The translations under genes were made by a program, and so were the position numbers. The notes under the pieces are model-generated. The model saw only the letters and a program-made list of their open reading frames with translations. It was not told the DNA's origin and made no database searches. A DNA stretch of 64,000 nucleotides from an uncultured Gemmatimonadales bacterium (lineage in GTDB: Bacteria > Gemmatimonadota > Gemmatimonadetes > Gemmatimonadales > GWC2-71-9). This document shows positions 1-8,822 of the stretch, one piece after another. The stretch covers positions 992,001 through 1,056,000 of the forward strand of contig CAVZZO010000001.1 of NCBI GenBank assembly GCA_963779755.1, given 5' to 3'. How positions within the stretch are numbered: position 1 is the first letter of the stretch; each line of letters begins with the position of its first letter.

Positions 1-42
1 TCGAGGTCACCACCGACGTCGCCGTTGCCCGTTTCTCCCTCC

Positions 43-1155
43 TCAGAACAGCCGCACAATCCAGTCACCCACCAGATAGCCCGCCCCCGCCACGCCCAGC
101 CCCACCAGGAACATGTCCATGCCGCTGCGGATCACGCCGCGGCCGGTAAAGAACGAGCGGGCCGCGCCCACCCCGAAATGCGACAGCATGGCGATGGTGA
201 ACGCGATCCAGATGGCCGCGGCGCCGCGGGTGAAGAGAAACGGAGCCACCGGAATGAACGCCCCGAAGGCCGTGGCGAGGCCGGTGACCCACGCCTCCTG
301 CAGCGGCGTACTGTCGGCCTCGCCGATCTTCAGCTCTTCCCGGACCTTCTCTTCCAGCGCCCGCTCGGGATCCTGCATGACCTGATGGGCCAGCTCGTTG
401 GCCTGGCCCTCCGGAATGCCCTTGGCCTGATAGAGCAGGGAGAGTTCCTCCTGCTCGATTTCGGGCATGAGCCGGAGCTCTTCCTTCTCCATGGCGATCT
501 CGTGCTCGAAGACTTCACGCTCGCTCTTGGCGGCCAGATAGCCCGAACTGCCCATGGACAGGGCATCGGCGACCATGCCCGCGAGCCCGGCCACCAGCAC
601 CGCATGCGCCGCGCCCAGCGACGACTGGGCGCCGATCATGCCCGCTACCAGCCCAAAGTTGGCGGTCAGGCCGTCATTGAAGCCGTACACCACGTTCCGC
701 AGGAAGCCGCCCGCGCCGGTCTTGTGCCAGGGTTCGCCCTCCGTGCCGCTCAGGGTGGCGAGCGACTCTGCGTGCTGCGCGGATTCCCGGGCCAGGCGCA
801 GCGCCGTGGGCCCGGCGGCGCCTCCGGGTGCCTCCTTGTACATGTTGAGGTACCCTTTCACCTCGCGTCCCTCTTCTTCCAGCAGCAGGGGGAGCACTGT
901 GCGCGCCCCGAACCGGCGGGCCATCCAGACCATCCCCCGCGCCCGAAGACTGGGACGAAACGAGGGAACCTCTTCCCCCTGGTCCTTCAGAAGCCGCTCC
1001 CACAGCTCGACGTGCCGATCCTCGACCTCGGCCAGCCGCTGAAACAGGCTGACTCGCTGGGGGTCGGTTTCGAGCTCCGCCAGAGCGCGGTACATGAAGG
1101 CCGCGTCCGCCTCGTCGGTCAGGTGCTCTCGCCAGGAGTCGGTTGTGGTAGCCAT
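43..1155 (-). CDS. Rubrerythrin/ferritin-like domain fused to VIT1/CCC1 iron transporter (MbfA-like architecture)
   Basis: N-terminal four-helix di-iron pattern (EADAAFMY...EVEDRH...EEEGRE...ESAQH). VIT1 signatures LRNVVYGFNDGL and ADALSMGSSGYL, with C-terminal TM helices. Confidence 0.88.
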   Translation of the reverse strand: MATTTDSWREHLTDEADAAFMYRALAELETDPQRVSLFQRLAEVEDRHVELWERLLKDQGEEVPSFRPSLRARGMVWMARRFGARTVLPLLLEEEGREVKGYLNMYKEAPGGAAGPTALRLARESAQHAESLATLSGTEGEPWHKTGAGGFLRNVVYGFNDGLTANFGLVAGMIGAQSSLGAAHAVLVAGLAGMVADALSMGSSGYLAAKSEREVFEHEIAMEKEELRLMPEIEQEELSLLYQAKGIPEGQANELAHQVMQDPERALEEKVREELKIGEADSTPLQEAWVTGLATAFGAFIPVAPFLFTRGAAAIWIAFTIAMLSHFGVGAARSFFTGRGVIRSGMDMFLVGLGVAGAGYLVGDWIVRLF

Positions 1156-1161
1156 GCCGCA

Positions 1162-1167
1162 AATCTA
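1162..1167 (-). promoter_or_regulatory. Putative extended -10 box (TGcTAGATT) 6 nt before the VIT1 start, leaderless-type promoter
   Basis: Minus strand reads cctgcTAGATTtgcggcATG. No Shine-Dalgarno motif in the gap. Confidence 0.45.
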
Positions 1168-1385
1168 GCAGGGGCGGCATGCTGCACTGTGCATGACAGA
1201 GGCTTGACCTCCCTCCCGCCGTCCCGTCTGTCGGCCCACTGGCCTCCTGACGCCTGGCCCGTGATGGGCTGCTCCACAGCCGGCCTCCGTCCGAGAAATC
1301 GATCCGTGAGAGCCGGCGGGCTGAACATGGAGTCAGCCTGAACGGCCGCCGTCCGGCCGCCTCTCCCTTTTCTCACCACCCCCCC

Positions 1386-1413
1386 TGCAACGCTGCCCCT
1401 TTCAGGGGCATCT
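1386..1413 (+). promoter_or_regulatory. Putative autoregulatory ECF promoter TGCAAC-N17-CATCT
   Basis: TGCAAC 1386-1391, 17-nt spacer, CATCT 1409-1413, ending 11 nt before the ECF sigma ATG. Resembles the AAC/CGT ECF promoter pattern. Confidence 0.6.
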
Positions 1414-1424
1414 TTAAAAGAGTC

Positions 1425-1964
1425 ATGACAGACATCTACGCACTCGCCAATGCCGACGCGGTGGTGGCCCAGGCCCGGGCAGGGGACCTGGAGGCACTGG
1501 AGCAGTTGTACCGTGCCTTCGAGGTACCGGTCTTCAACCTGGCCCGGCGGATCTGCCGGACGGCCGAGGATGCGGAAGATGTGGTGCAGGAGACGTTTTT
1601 CGAGGTCTGCCGGAGCATCGGGCAGTACCGGGCGGAGGGGAGTCTCTGGGGCTGGATCCGGACGATCGCCTCCAGCAAGGCACTGATGCGGCTGCGGCGC
1701 AATCGCTACCGGGAGACCGACCAGCTGGAGGACGAGCTGGTGCCGGCCACCCGGCGTGAGGAGCCGCTGCTCCGGATGGATCTCGAGGCGGCGCTGGAAC
1801 GGCTGCCGGAGATCAGCCGGGCGGTGGTCTGGCTGCACGATGTCGAAGGGTATACGCACGAAGAGATCGCGGACATGATGGGCAAGACGGTGAGTTTTTC
1901 GAAGTCGCAGCTGGCCCGGGCCCACGCGCGCCTGCGCCGCTGGCTGGGGGAGGAGGTCGCGTGA
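1425..1964 (+). CDS. ECF RNA polymerase sigma factor (sigma-70 family)
   Basis: Region 2 DAEDVVQETF...WIRTIA; region 4 LHDVEGYTHEEIADMMG...KSQLARA; 179 aa. Confidence 0.95.
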   Translation: MTDIYALANADAVVAQARAGDLEALEQLYRAFEVPVFNLARRICRTAEDAEDVVQETFFEVCRSIGQYRAEGSLWGWIRTIASSKALMRLRRNRYRETDQLEDELVPATRREEPLLRMDLEAALERLPEISRAVVWLHDVEGYTHEEIADMMGKTVSFSKSQLARAHARLRRWLGEEVA

Positions 1965-2566
1965 ATCACCTCACCCTGGAGCAGCTCCTGGATCTGCGGG
2001 AGCCCGGCCTGGCGCCAGGCACCGCTACGGCCCGGTTACATCTGGAAGGTTGTCCCGAATGCCGCCGCGAACTGGACCGGCTGCACCAGCGGGCGGCCCG
2101 GTTGCGCGCCCTGCCGGCGCTGCGGCCGGCGCGTGATCGGTGGCCGGTAGTCCGGGCCCGGGCCGTGGCCCACCGGCGGCATCGCCGGATCCGCTGGATG
2201 GGCATGGCCGGTCTGGCGATGGCGGCGTCGATCGCGGCGGTGCTGGTGGTGGGCGACATTTCGGCTCACGACGGCCGCGGGACGCCGGTGGCGGCGATCG
2301 ACTCGGTGAAGGCGCAGTCGCAGGCGCTGGAGAGCGCCCTGCGCCGACTGAATCCCGAGGCGCGCGTCACCGACGGCCGCACGGCGCACATCGCGGCCGA
2401 ACTGGAAGACCGCATTGCCGCGCTCGACCGCCAGCTGCAGGCCTCCGAGCTGGGCGGACAGCGGGCGCCTCAGACGCAGACGCTCCAGCTCTGGCGGGAG
2501 CGAGTCGGTTTGCTGGACGCCCTGATGGACGTCCACCTGACCCGGGCAACCAATGTCGGGCTCTGA
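1961..2566 (+). CDS. Zinc-binding (ZAS/zf-HC2) membrane anti-sigma factor
   Basis: HLEGCPEC (HxxxCxxC), a single TM helix, and a GTGA overlap with the sigma stop. Confidence 0.82.
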   Translation: MNHLTLEQLLDLREPGLAPGTATARLHLEGCPECRRELDRLHQRAARLRALPALRPARDRWPVVRARAVAHRRHRRIRWMGMAGLAMAASIAAVLVVGDISAHDGRGTPVAAIDSVKAQSQALESALRRLNPEARVTDGRTAHIAAELEDRIAALDRQLQASELGGQRAPQTQTLQLWRERVGLLDALMDVHLTRATNVGL

Positions 2567-3503
2567 TCGAGACGCTCGCTGCCGGCCGTTGCGCTCCCGG
2601 GGTCTGATGCTGGCGGCCCTCTGTGCCGTTCCGGCCCTGTTGGCCGCCCAGCAGCCCCGGTCGCTCACGCCGGGCCGGGTGCCGCCCGATTCCCTCCGCA
2701 TCAGTTATATCCACCATCGCGCTCGCATGGGGATCACCATCAACATGCGGGCCAGCGCCACCGACTCCATCGGCGCGTACGTCGAAGCCGTGACGCCCGG
2801 CGGGCCGGCGGCCCGGGCCGGGATTCGCTCGGGCGACATCATCACCCGGGTGAACATGCAGGATCTCACGACTGGCGGCGGCCCCGCGCCGGATGAGCAG
2901 TTCTCCGCGCCGCCCTCCCTGCCGGGCCTGCGGCTGATCGAGCTGGCTGCCCGGCTCGATCCCAACGACACCCTGAGCCTGGAGTACCGCCGGGACGGCA
3001 AGCGGCGGGTGGCCCAGTTGGTGACCGACCTGCAGCCGGGCTGGATCGCCTACGAGACGCCGGGCGGCGTGTACTTCAGCCCGCCCGAGAGTATGGCGCT
3101 CCGCGTCATGCCCATGCCGCAGGAACGCACCTACCTTCCGGGACCGCGACCGGCCGGGGACGAGCGGCAATTCGTGCGACAGCCCGAGCCGTTCGCCGGT
3201 TCCTTCTTCTTCTCCTGGAGCTCGCCCCTCGCCGATCTGGAGCTGGCCCCGCTCAACCCCCTTCTGGGCCGCTACTTCGGGACCAGCCAGGGAGTCCTGG
3301 TTCTGGACGTTCCCGATTCGAGCGGGCTCAATCTTCAGCCGGGTGACGTGGTCCGGTCGGTGGACGGCCGGCCCATCGTTTCGCCCGCCCATCTGCTCCG
3401 GGTGTTGCGGAGCTACCAGGGCGGCGAACATTTCCGGCTCGAGATCGTGCGCATGCACAAGCCGGTGGTGGTGCAGGGTAGCCTCGCCCCTCCCGGACGC
3501 TGA
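2553..3503 (+). CDS. Exported tandem PDZ-domain protein (no protease domain); start may be 2607
   Basis: Signal-like segment, PDZ1 (VTPGGPAARAGIRSGDIITRVN) and PDZ2 (GVLVLDV...LQPGDVVRSVDG). Confidence 0.8.
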   Translation: MSGSDRDARCRPLRSRGLMLAALCAVPALLAAQQPRSLTPGRVPPDSLRISYIHHRARMGITINMRASATDSIGAYVEAVTPGGPAARAGIRSGDIITRVNMQDLTTGGGPAPDEQFSAPPSLPGLRLIELAARLDPNDTLSLEYRRDGKRRVAQLVTDLQPGWIAYETPGGVYFSPPESMALRVMPMPQERTYLPGPRPAGDERQFVRQPEPFAGSFFFSWSSPLADLELAPLNPLLGRYFGTSQGVLVLDVPDSSGLNLQPGDVVRSVDGRPIVSPAHLLRVLRSYQGGEHFRLEIVRMHKPVVVQGSLAPPGR

Positions 3504-3547
3504 AGCCCGGTTTCCTCCCGGGGCGGGCCGGATTAAGCTGTAGCCCC

Positions 3548-4510
3548 ATGCGCCAGACCGCATTGCTCGCTGCCGGGCTCGCTCTCCTGCCCGGGCTGCC
3601 GCTCGCAGCGCAGAATCCGGTCCCCCCGATCCCCGCGTTCCATTCCATCAACCCGCTGGCGCAGTCCCGCTCCGGGGTGTTCTTCCAGCCCTGGGAGCCG
3701 CCGGATTCCGGCTGGGCCGTGCGGGTTCTGCTGGACTACGGCAGCGCCATCGAGTTCAACACGAGCCGCTCCGGTACCTACCTCCTCGACGCCGAGCTGC
3801 TGGTGCTCCGGGCCGGGCTCCGTCACGACCTCACGTCCTCGACCTTCGTTGCCGCCGAAGCGCCTCTGGGCTACGCCTGGGCGGGGTTTCTGGATGGGTT
3901 CCTCAACTGGTACCACCGGGTGATCGGCGTGGACCTTCCGGCGCGCGACGAACGGCCGCGGGATAGTTTCGCCTATCGGCTGGATCTCCCGGGGGGACGG
4001 CAGGTCGGGTACGGGCCGGGAGCCTATCTGGGAGATGTTCGCCTGGCGGTGGGGCATCGGCACCGGCCGGGGCTCCAGTCGGTCTTGTCGCTGACGCTCC
4101 CCACCACCACCCGCGAAGGGTACGGCCGGGGCACGCCTTCTCTGGCGCTGATGACGACGCTGGCCGCCCCCTTGGGCCGGCGCTGGAACTTCACCGGCGG
4201 CCTGGGGGCCGGTGTCACCCCCCGCCACGGAGTGCTGGGCCCCTGGCAGCACTCGCTCTTTGTCGCGGTGACGGCCGGCGCCCGCTGGAACATCTGGGGA
4301 AGGCAGGCGCTCTACGCCGATTTCTTCATTCATTCGCCCTATTACCACGGCACCGGCTACCCGGCTCTGGATCGCTTCGAAATGTCCTTGAACTACGGAT
4401 GGCTGCTGCGGACGGCGGGAGGGCTGGAGTGGCGGGTGGGTATGACCGAAGACCCCTCGCCTTCAGGACCGGCGATCGACGCGGTGTTTCAGGTGGGGGT
4501 GGGACGGTGA
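3548..4510 (+). CDS. Putative outer-membrane beta-barrel protein (DUF3187-like)
   Basis: Signal peptide, GFLDGFLNWYHRVIG motif, alternating beta-strand pattern and C-terminal GMTED. Confidence 0.62.
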   Translation: MRQTALLAAGLALLPGLPLAAQNPVPPIPAFHSINPLAQSRSGVFFQPWEPPDSGWAVRVLLDYGSAIEFNTSRSGTYLLDAELLVLRAGLRHDLTSSTFVAAEAPLGYAWAGFLDGFLNWYHRVIGVDLPARDERPRDSFAYRLDLPGGRQVGYGPGAYLGDVRLAVGHRHRPGLQSVLSLTLPTTTREGYGRGTPSLALMTTLAAPLGRRWNFTGGLGAGVTPRHGVLGPWQHSLFVAVTAGARWNIWGRQALYADFFIHSPYYHGTGYPALDRFEMSLNYGWLLRTAGGLEWRVGMTEDPSPSGPAIDAVFQVGVGR

Positions 4511-4517
4511 TGGGGAA

Positions 4518-4784
4518 TCAGCGGCTTCCTTCCGCGGTTCCTGATGCCTTCGTTTCCGGTTCCTCAAAGAGAAAGCGCTTCATGTTCTCCATCAGGAACT
4601 GCTTCGCCTTCGGCTCCAGCAGGTTCAGCGCATAGTGGTTGATCAGCTGTTTCTGGTAGTTGAGCCACTCGGCCCAGCAGACGGCGCAGATGTGATCGTA
4701 GATGCGCTTGCCGGTCTCGTTAGGAAAGGGCTGGAAGGCGATCCGGTCGCGCTCCATCCCGCAGCGGGTACAGGTAACAGTCAT
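4518..4784 (-). CDS. yggX: Fe(II)-trafficking / Fe-S oxidative damage protection protein YggX
   Basis: N-terminal Cys, PFPNETGKRIYDHIC...WAEWL.YQKQLINHY.LN...FLMENMKRFLF. Confidence 0.88.
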   Translation of the reverse strand: MTVTCTRCGMERDRIAFQPFPNETGKRIYDHICAVCWAEWLNYQKQLINHYALNLLEPKAKQFLMENMKRFLFEEPETKASGTAEGSR

Positions 4785-4790
4785 CGGCTA

Positions 4791-5020
4791 TCCACAGATT
4801 GACGATTCCTCGGATGACACGGACTCCCCACACTAATCGGGAGGGACCGCCAGGGGGAGCCCGGACGGCCCGGCAGCCCGGGCAGGAGCACGACCGCACT
4901 GTGAATCGCCTCGCCCCGCGTTCCCTCCTCCGCAGCCGTCAGCGGGCCGCCGGGGAGCGGGTCAGTTGCGGAACGCAGCGGGAAGATGGGCCAATCTGCG
5001 CGATCGGTGTAATCTCTGGA
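4791..5020. repeat. 230-bp intergenic element with terminal inverted repeats and degenerate 9-mer arms (MITE/REP-like)
   Basis: Left end TCCACAGATT (4791-4800) vs right end AATCTCTGGA (5011-5020; reverse complement TCCAGAGATT, 9/10 match). Both ends show a roughly 9-nt periodic CAC(A/G)GAT unit. Confidence 0.5.
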
Positions 5021-5053
5021 GCCGCCGCGGTGCCGGGGTCGCCGGCGGGCCGA

Positions 5054-5359
5054 TCATCTGGTCATCTGCGTAGACCGGCGCAGGGCACGGACACCGCTGG
5101 CGGTGCCGAATCCGGTGCCCAGTCCGAAGGCGATGGCTGCGGTGGTAGTGATGATCGGGAGCAGGCCCGCAACCGGCCAGGCGATGACGGCGCAGGCCGT
5201 TCCCACCAGCAGCGGGGCCAGCGGCGAATAGACTGCGTCTACGAAGCGCAGCCGGCGCTGCACCAAACGACGGGTCAGCATGTAGCCGCCGATGCCGGCG
5301 ACGATCGTGGCAAACAGGGCCAGCAGTCCAAAGAGCGTATGGAACATGGATAGCCTCAC
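5054..5359 (-). CDS. Small hypothetical membrane protein
   Basis: 101 aa, about 3 hydrophobic segments, best coding frame in the region. Confidence 0.65.
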   Translation of the reverse strand: MRLSMFHTLFGLLALFATIVAGIGGYMLTRRLVQRRLRFVDAVYSPLAPLLVGTACAVIAWPVAGLLPIITTTAAIAFGLGTGFGTASGVRALRRSTQMTR

Positions 5360-5487
5360 AGAAAAGACCCAGGATGTGTTTCATTACGTAACGACAAGCG
5401 CTTAGGATTCACTGAAACCGCAAGTGGTTGCCTTGCAATATTTTGTGGCGCAGCTACCCTTCTCCTGTACCTGGTCAGGATGCATGA

Positions 5488-5889
5488 ATGGAGACTGAAC
5501 AACCTGCCACCGGCCGGCGCCTGGAGGTACCCCTCAAGGGCTGGGGGGCCGAGCCGAGCCGAGCCGTTATTACCACCACGCAACTGGCTCCCGCCGCCCG
5601 GCTCAAACGGGCGGCCACGATCTTCGGGCTCTGCCTGCTGCTCGCCCTGATCTTCCTCCCCATACCGCTGGTCCATCTGGGCGCCGTCCCCGCCGCCGTG
5701 ATTGCGGCCTTCGTCCTGGGCGGCATGCGCCTCACCCAGGGGGAGATCTTCAAGTCCGCGCATGGCAACTGCCCCTTCTGCGGCACAGAGCAGGACTTTC
5801 CGCTGTATGGGCGTTTCAAGCTCCCCAAGTCCGTCGCATGCAACCACTGCCACCGCGACCTGATCGTCGAGCGGCCGGAGGGCGACTGA
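5488..5889 (+). CDS. Hypothetical membrane protein with C-terminal zinc ribbon
   Basis: Two TM helices, then CPFC...CNHC. Confidence 0.7.
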   Translation: METEQPATGRRLEVPLKGWGAEPSRAVITTTQLAPAARLKRAATIFGLCLLLALIFLPIPLVHLGAVPAAVIAAFVLGGMRLTQGEIFKSAHGNCPFCGTEQDFPLYGRFKLPKSVACNHCHRDLIVERPEGD

Positions 5890-5918
5890 TCGCCGGCAGG
5901 GCACTGGCTCTGCTGCTC

Positions 5919-6578
5919 ATGGCGGTGATGCTGCCGGGCGCCGGGCATGCGCAGGCATTCCCCGATCCGGGCAGACGGGCGGCCCCCGCGCTCGGCCGGG
6001 ACCAGCGCAGCGAGGCGGCGAGGGATCGCGATCATGAGGCGCAGCAGGTCTTCGACGACCTGGCGCTGCAGCAGGGAATGGCGGTCGCCGACCTTCACCC
6101 CGGCGGCGGGTATTATACGGTACGGCTGGCCCGGCTGCTCGGCCCGCTGGGGCGGCTCTTCGCCGTGAGCGACGATCCCGCGCGGTTGCAGCAGTTGGGA
6201 CAACGGCTGGAGCAGAACGGCATGCAGCAGGTGCAGCTGCTCCTGGGGAAGCCCGATGATCCTGGATTGTCTCCCCGATCGATAAGTCTGGCCCTGCTGG
6301 CGGACGGCTATCACGAGATCCCCAATCCCTACGCCTATTTCTACCGGCTTGCCGCAGGGGTGATTCCGGGGGGGCGGCTCGCCATCGTGGAAGCCGACCG
6401 GCCGATCCTCTCAGGCGGCGCCCCGCCCAACCTCATCCGCTGCGAACTGGGGGCGCTGGGCTACCGGCAGGTGGATTTCCGCTGGCTGTTGCCCTCCGAG
6501 GAGTATCTCGCGGTCTTTACGGTTCCCGATGCGCTGCCCGCGCCGGAGGCGATTCGGCCCTGCGGCGAGGGCGGCTGA
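5919..6578 (+). CDS. Class I SAM-dependent methyltransferase-like protein, probably exported (start may be ~5886)
   Basis: Motif I-like GMAVADLHPGGGYY; YHEI...PGGRLAIVE; signal-like N-terminus. Confidence 0.75.
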   Translation: MAVMLPGAGHAQAFPDPGRRAAPALGRDQRSEAARDRDHEAQQVFDDLALQQGMAVADLHPGGGYYTVRLARLLGPLGRLFAVSDDPARLQQLGQRLEQNGMQQVQLLLGKPDDPGLSPRSISLALLADGYHEIPNPYAYFYRLAAGVIPGGRLAIVEADRPILSGGAPPNLIRCELGALGYRQVDFRWLLPSEEYLAVFTVPDALPAPEAIRPCGEGG

Positions 6579-7821
6579 GGCGCCCTTCCGGGAGTCCCGC
6601 GGCCAGCAGGGTTCCGACCCAGATCCAGAGCAGCCAGCTCGTCGTCCGCGCCGGATCCAGCGAGCGCCAGGTCTCCCACATCATGCCGACCGGAGTGAGC
6701 CACCGTGGCCATGCGGACCACTCGGTGAGGTGGTGACGCTCGACGATCTGCACCGCACCCGTGCCACCGCTGCGGAGCCGCGCCAGCAGGGCGACGCAGG
6801 GATCGGGCACATCCCGCCACCCGGGGATCCGCACGAGATTCCAGACCATACTGGTAGCGCCCCAGCCGTGGTTGTCGCTCGCGCCCACCACCAGCAGATG
6901 GTGGGTTCGGGCCAGGCTGAGGACGGTATCCCGGCGGCCGGGGGCCAGCCGGGCCTTGGGGGCGGCGTTGACCAGTTCCAGCCCGTCCAGTCCCGCGCCG
7001 ATCAGCAGGGAGAGGTTTTCCCACTGGCTCTCCGAGTACTCCGGCAGCGAGGCGATCGTGATCGCACCGTAGCGGGCCTCGCTCTGCCGCAGCAGCTCCA
7101 GCAGGCCGCCCAGGGAATCGGAGTAGGGGCTGCGGGGCACCTGGACGGTATCGCCCAGCAGGACGATATGCGCGTGCCAGGCACTGACCTCGGTGCCGGG
7201 GCAGAGCACGGGCCGCACGCCGGCCGGGGGCGGCCTCGGAGGCAGGTTGGCGACGGTGTTATGATCGGTCAGGAAGAAGGCATCGAAGCCGGCGCGGCGA
7301 TGCCAGCGGCGGTTGGCCTCGGTGCTGAAGCCGCTCACCGGCCACTTCTTGACATCGTGAGACGCGTTGGAATGCGAATGGGTATCCACCCGCATGAGGT
7401 CGGGATCGCCGATCTCCAGGGCCGCCATGGGCCGGTGCCAGATGATGCCCACCCCGATGAAAAGCACCAGCAGGATGAGGCCGGCGATGGCGATGGACAC
7501 CTCGCGCAGCAGGGGGAAGGGGGGGCCGGCGTCGGGCTCGCGCCGGTGGCGCAGCACCGCGGCCACCACGCGCCAGAGGAGCCACAGCAGCACGACACCC
7601 GTCAGGAAGCCGGTCAGCCGGCCCATGCTCAGCATCGAGACGCCGTCCCACAGGTCGAACAGCGGCGCCAGGATGATATTGAGCAGGGGGAAATGCAGGC
7701 GGGTCCCCACGGGGAGCGTCCCTCCCGCCGGATCGGTGAGCACCGGGGCGCGGAACACCCGGGCCGCCACCAGCGCACCGGTCAGGAGTACCGGAGTCAG
7801 GGGAACGCGGCGCGAAGACAT
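6517..7821 (-). CDS. Membrane-anchored PHP-domain metallophosphoesterase
   Basis: DTHSHSNASHD, LTDHN, GTEVS, ASDNHG PHP motifs; N- and C-terminal TM helices. Confidence 0.78.
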   Translation of the reverse strand: MSSRRVPLTPVLLTGALVAARVFRAPVLTDPAGGTLPVGTRLHFPLLNIILAPLFDLWDGVSMLSMGRLTGFLTGVVLLWLLWRVVAAVLRHRREPDAGPPFPLLREVSIAIAGLILLVLFIGVGIIWHRPMAALEIGDPDLMRVDTHSHSNASHDVKKWPVSGFSTEANRRWHRRAGFDAFFLTDHNTVANLPPRPPPAGVRPVLCPGTEVSAWHAHIVLLGDTVQVPRSPYSDSLGGLLELLRQSEARYGAITIASLPEYSESQWENLSLLIGAGLDGLELVNAAPKARLAPGRRDTVLSLARTHHLLVVGASDNHGWGATSMVWNLVRIPGWRDVPDPCVALLARLRSGGTGAVQIVERHHLTEWSAWPRWLTPVGMMWETWRSLDPARTTSWLLWIWVGTLLAAGLPEGRLSRPRRRAESPPARAAHREP

Positions 7822-7833
7822 GGCACAGATATA

Positions 7834-7864
7834 AAGGGGAAACAGGAAAGGGGAAGCGGGAAGG
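7834..7864. repeat. Degenerate purine-rich heptamer tandem array
   Basis: AAGGGGA AACAGGA AAGGGGA AGCGGGA AGG between divergent starts. Confidence 0.45.
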
Positions 7865-8089
7865 ATGTCCTGGCTGGATGACGAGTTCCCTCGGGGCGAC
7901 GGCACCGCCCAACGGGAGGCGGCCGTAGTCTGCCCCTTCTGCGGAGAGCGCGCCTGGATCGGTCTCGATCCCGGGAGCGGAGCACACCAGGTGTATGCCG
8001 AGGATTGCCCCGTCTGCTGCCGGCCCTGGCGGGTGGAAGTGCGCTATCGCGCCGACGGCAAGGCGGATGTGGCGGTCGAGCGGGAATAG
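7865..8089 (+). CDS. CPXCG-motif cysteine-rich protein
   Basis: CPFCGE...YAEDCPVCCRPW, 74 aa. Confidence 0.85.
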   Translation: MSWLDDEFPRGDGTAQREAAVVCPFCGERAWIGLDPGSGAHQVYAEDCPVCCRPWRVEVRYRADGKADVAVERE

Positions 8090-8102
8090 GGCGGCAACAC
8101 GC

Positions 8103-8822
8103 TCAGACGCCGCCCAGCCAGGGGTAGCCCTGGTCTTCCCAGTAGCCTCCCGGACGCTCCGCCGTGAAGCGCATCGCCGTCAGGTACTTGGTCATCTTGT
8201 ATCCCAGCTTGATCGGGGCATACAGGCGCAAGGGGGCGCCATGGTCGGGGCCGAGCGGCCGGTCGTTGTAGGCCCAGGCCAGGATGGTCTGCGGGTGCAT
8301 GGCGCTCTTGAGATCCCACCCGTTGTAATAAGTCTCATCGAACGAGTCGAACCGCAGGTACTGCGCCTGTGGGGTGGGCTCCACCAGCGCGGCGATCGTG
8401 GCAACCGGTACGCCGGTCCAGGTGGCGATGGCCGACCACCCTTCCACGCAGTGGTGCTTCACGGTATAGCGGACGCTGGGTAGCGCCTGGAGCATCTCCA
8501 GGGTGAATCGCGTCGGTTTCCGGACCAGTCCGCCTACTTCCAGCGCCCAGAAGGCCGGGTCGCGCAGCAGCGGAACCGTGTCGCTGATGAAATAGGTGGG
8601 GAAGGCGCTGCCGGTACGCGCGGCCACAGGATATTCAGGGGCGAGCCGGTCGCTCGAGAGGAGCAGGTTTTCTCCCACCCAGTCGTTGAGGCGGGAAACG
8701 GCGTGCAGGGGCGGGCGCAGCAGCGCGCCGCCATCCCAGCCGCAGGCGGCGGCCAGTGCCGCGGGGGCGACGCTCAGGCCGATCCGCATGAAGGCGCGCC
8801 GGTCCAGGCGGTGGTCAGTCAT
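8103..8822 (-). CDS. Molybdopterin-dependent oxidoreductase, sulfite oxidase/MsrP(YedY) family; Tat lipoprotein
   Basis: RRAFM Tat motif plus LAAAC lipobox; HHCVEGWS Moco Cys; HGAPLRL...KLGYKMTKY; GGYWEDQGY. Confidence 0.9.
   Translation of the reverse strand: MTDHRLDRRAFMRIGLSVAPAALAAACGWDGGALLRPPLHAVSRLNDWVGENLLLSSDRLAPEYPVAARTGSAFPTYFISDTVPLLRDPAFWALEVGGLVRKPTRFTLEMLQALPSVRYTVKHHCVEGWSAIATWTGVPVATIAALVEPTPQAQYLRFDSFDETYYNGWDLKSAMHPQTILAWAYNDRPLGPDHGAPLRLYAPIKLGYKMTKYLTAMRFTAERPGGYWEDQGYPWLGGV

Noticed and set aside
1200..1380. Possible ncRNA in the VIT1-sigma intergenic region
   Set aside because: No recognisable RNA family features or terminator. Cannot be supported without a covariance search.
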